Assembly (NCBI GenBank): GCA_030390025.1
Contig: CM059433.1
Location: 25,732,001 to 25,796,000, forward strand
Direction of reading: 5' to 3'
Source of the DNA: Squalus acanthias
Lineage: Eukaryota
Length of the DNA stretch: 64,000 nucleotides
Shown here: positions 61,324 to 64,000 of the stretch, in pieces
How the letters are laid out: every line of letters begins with the position of its first letter
Numbering within the stretch: the first letter of the stretch is position 1
Made by a program: the position numbers and the translations under genes
The notes under the pieces: model-generated
What the model was told of the DNA's origin: nothing
Databases searched by the model: none
The model's input: the letters and a program-made list of their open reading frames with translations, nothing else

Positions 61324-64000
61324 CTAGAACCGGCGCAGCCCGTCTACCTGTGTCCGCTTAGCTATGATGCGTGGAAGCGACCTTTGGTGGAGATGGAGGT
61401 AGAGAAACAGAGGGGTAGTTATTTGTTGGACACGGGAGCTTCTTGCACCATAATCCATACAGATAACCCTTTTGACTCGCCGCTATCTACCAAGGTCCCA
61501 TTCACGTTAGCGGGGTTCACAGGAAAAGAACAGGCTGGCACGTTTTCCCTTCCGCTATCCATTCGTTTAGGAACACTTCGCCTTAAGTGGAAGTGTATAC
61601 TGATGGCATGGCAGGAGGGGGGTGGAAGAGGTATTCTCGGGTCTGATCTCCTATCGGGACACGGGATCCTCGTGGACCTCAGAAATCACTGTCTCTGGGG
61701 GGCTAAAGGTGAAAAAGGCGAGGTAATAGTGATTCCGGGGGAGGAAGAAACAGGGGTCCTGTGTACCGTACAGCCATCCGGAGGCTACGACCTCAGGCTT
61801 ATGGTCGCAGATGTCCCAATGGACATGCAAACGTACGTGTCAGATAATATGCACGCGTTTGCAACCCACAAGCACGATTGTGGGAGAGTGGTCGGGTTTG
61901 AGGTCAGCGTAGATGGGGACCCCATGACCCGACCCTAAAAGCAGTATAACTTCCCCAAAGAAGCAGAACCCGATATGGAGACAGCAATGTCCTCCTTGGT
62001 GCAGCAGGGCATGTTGAGGCCGATAGCCACACACGTGAACTCCCCATTATGGCCGGTTAGGAAGCCGGATAATTCGTGGAGAGCCACGGTGGACTACAGA
62101 GTCCTTAACAGTAACATTCCCGCCTGCGCGCCCACGGTAGCAGCAGTTGCTGACCTAATAGGGAGCATCCCAGCGTCCGCGACCACGTTCACGGTGCTGG
62201 ATATCTCGAACGGTTTTTGGTCCATCCCGCTGCGGCGAGAGGACCAGTACAAGTTTGCCTTTACTTTCAAAGGACAACAGTACACATGGAACTGTCTGCC
62301 ACAGGGTTTCCACAATAGCCCCAGTATTTTCCATCAGTGTATGGCAGGAAGTTTAAAGGAGTTTAGTCAGCCCAATCAGATAGTACAGTATGTGGATGAT
62401 TTGCTCCTATTTACGGACTCAAGGGAGGAGCATGGACCACTACTGGACGAGTTATTGGAGCTGTTAGCAAGAAAGGGTTTTAAAATAAACCCTAAGAAAG
62501 CACGTATCGGTCAGCGGGAAGTAAAATTCCTGGGACTGACCATACGCGCTGGGGAAAGAGCCATAGACAAAGCAAGGAGGGAGTCGGTGCAAGAATTACC
62601 GATTCCCAACAACGTAAGGGGTGTGAGGTCCTTCTTGGGACTGACCGGTTACTGCAGGGATTTTATCGAAGATTATGCGGCCACAGCAGCGCCGCTCCTC
62701 CGACTCCTCCATAAGGGGGTGGAGTGGTTTTGGGACGAGGGCTGCCAAGCAGCCTTCGAGAAGTTAAAAAGGGATCTGCAGACCGCGCCAGCCTTAGGGG
62801 CCATAGATGGGGGGAAGGAGTTTTTCCTGGAGGTAGCTGCCAGCGGAGACAGCTTAAGCGCCGTACTGCTCCAAGAGCGTCACGGCAAGCTGAGGCCGGT
62901 TGTCTATTCATCCAGGGTGTTAACGGATGTGGAGAGAAGTTTCTCCAATTGCGAAAGGCACCTTTTAGCCATGCATTGGGCTGTGAAAAGATCAGCGATC
63001 TTCACAGGGCTCTCTCCCATCACTCTCCTCACACATCACACACCAACTAAGATGCTTCTGGATGGGAGGATTAAAGACGGGACCGTAAGCAGCGCGCGCA
63101 TTGCGCGCTGGACCCTTCTTCTCTCCCAGTTGGATCTTAGAGTAAAAGGTCTTTGCGAGCCCAGGCTTGCGGCCAATTTGGTATACCCCGGTACAGCCCA
63201 CCGGTGTTCGGTGGAAGGGGTGTGGGACGTCAACATAGGTTTACGGGCCGGGATACATCCCACTGGGCGCGAGATTTATGTTGATGGGTCTAGCACAGTA
63301 TCTGCCGGCGAGCGACTCACAGGGTGTGGAGTTTATGACCCTGCGGCAGACCTTGCCCTGGCGATCAAGCTCCCTAGCACCATGAGCGCGCAGCAAGCTG
63401 AGCTGTCTGCCGTGGTGTACGTTGTGACCCACCCAGACATTTTCCCAACCCCATACACGATTTGCTCGGACAGTATGTTCACCTGCAATTCGTGCACGGA
63501 ATACCTGGCCATTTGGTCCCGCCGCGGATACACCTCCGCGGACGGGCGACCTTTAACGGTGAAGCCCTTGCTGGAAAAGATCTTAGCAGCAGCAGTAGGG
63601 GAGGAAGGAGAGATTTTCATCCATAAGGTGAAAGCTCACTCCTCCACAGAGCCCCGTGGGGAGGGCAACCAGCAGGCGGATGCGCTAGCCAGGGAAGGTG
63701 CCCGCAACGGCATTTTCTGGAACCCCTATGGGACCAGACCCATAGCAGCGGTCCGAGGCAGGGACGGGAATCCCGGGAACACCAGGGTAGCATTGCCCCT
63801 AGACCTTAAGACCGTCCAAGCCCAGGATCCCGCCCTAAAAGCAGTCCTAAAAACCATTGCTGAGGGGAGACAGGTAGAAGGTCCGTACAGTACGGCAACC
63901 CTCTCAGTTAAGGAAGGCATGCTGTTCCGCGAGGAGCAGTGGGTTGTGCCACAGCAGCACAGGAGGGAATTCCTCCAGTTGGCTCACGAGGGACCAGGGG
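61324..64000 (+). CDS. pol: Pol (PR-RT-tether-RNase H-start of IN), in frame with gag; one premature TAA at 61936-61938; incomplete at the window end
   Basis: Manual translation gives LLDTGA (DTG 61429-61437), VRKPDNSWRATVDYRVLN, VLDISNGFWSIP, LPQGFHNSP, YVDD (62389-62400), FFLEVAAS..ERHLLA, IYVDGSS..SAQQAEL..CSDS..HKVKAH..GNQQADALA, and LAHEGPG. Confidence 0.9.

Larger units (their letters stand above)
57843..64000 (+). mobile_element. Retrovirus-like provirus (lokiretrovirus/spuma-like candidate), 5' half; runs off the window
   Basis: LTR 57843-59507 (TGTAG..TTACA), PBS, gag, and pol with two RNase H-fold regions. Confidence 0.85.

Noticed and set aside
61936..61938. Second programmed readthrough site between protease and RT
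   Set aside because: TAA-AAG is not a leaky context and falls just before the KQY motif of the RT N-terminus; a CAA>TAA mutation is more likely.
1..64000. Unistrand piRNA cluster or transposon trap
   Set aside because: Insertions occur in both orientations with no clear bias, and the idea cannot be supported without small-RNA data.

Overview
Eukaryotic, repeat-saturated window, most likely from a cartilaginous fish (inferred from the CR1 LINE with a (TATGTTTC)n tail and the L2, Penelope and Harbinger repertoire). The backbone is a head-to-tail array of an ~8.8-kb unit: CR1-tail remnant, minus-strand L2, (GT)n-rich tract, an intronless 5'-truncated MROH1-like (maestro HEAT-like repeat) retro-pseudogene on the minus strand split by a plus-strand LINE, and an L2 endonuclease fragment. 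Five copies and one fragment are visible. Younger elements have inserted into individual units: two solo LTRs (one carrying a Harbinger-type MITE), a Penelope element with a minimal hammerhead ribozyme, a Ty3/Gypsy element shared by two units, and a complete two-gene PIF/Harbinger transposon. The window ends in the 5' half of a retrovirus-like provirus. It has a 1.66-kb LTR, a tRNA-Arg PBS, a Gag with overlapping PSAP/PPxY late domains and a CCHC knuckle, an in-frame UGA-CUAG gag-pol junction, a YVDD reverse transcriptase, and a degenerate tether followed by a second, retroviral-type RNase H. No intact host gene is evident.
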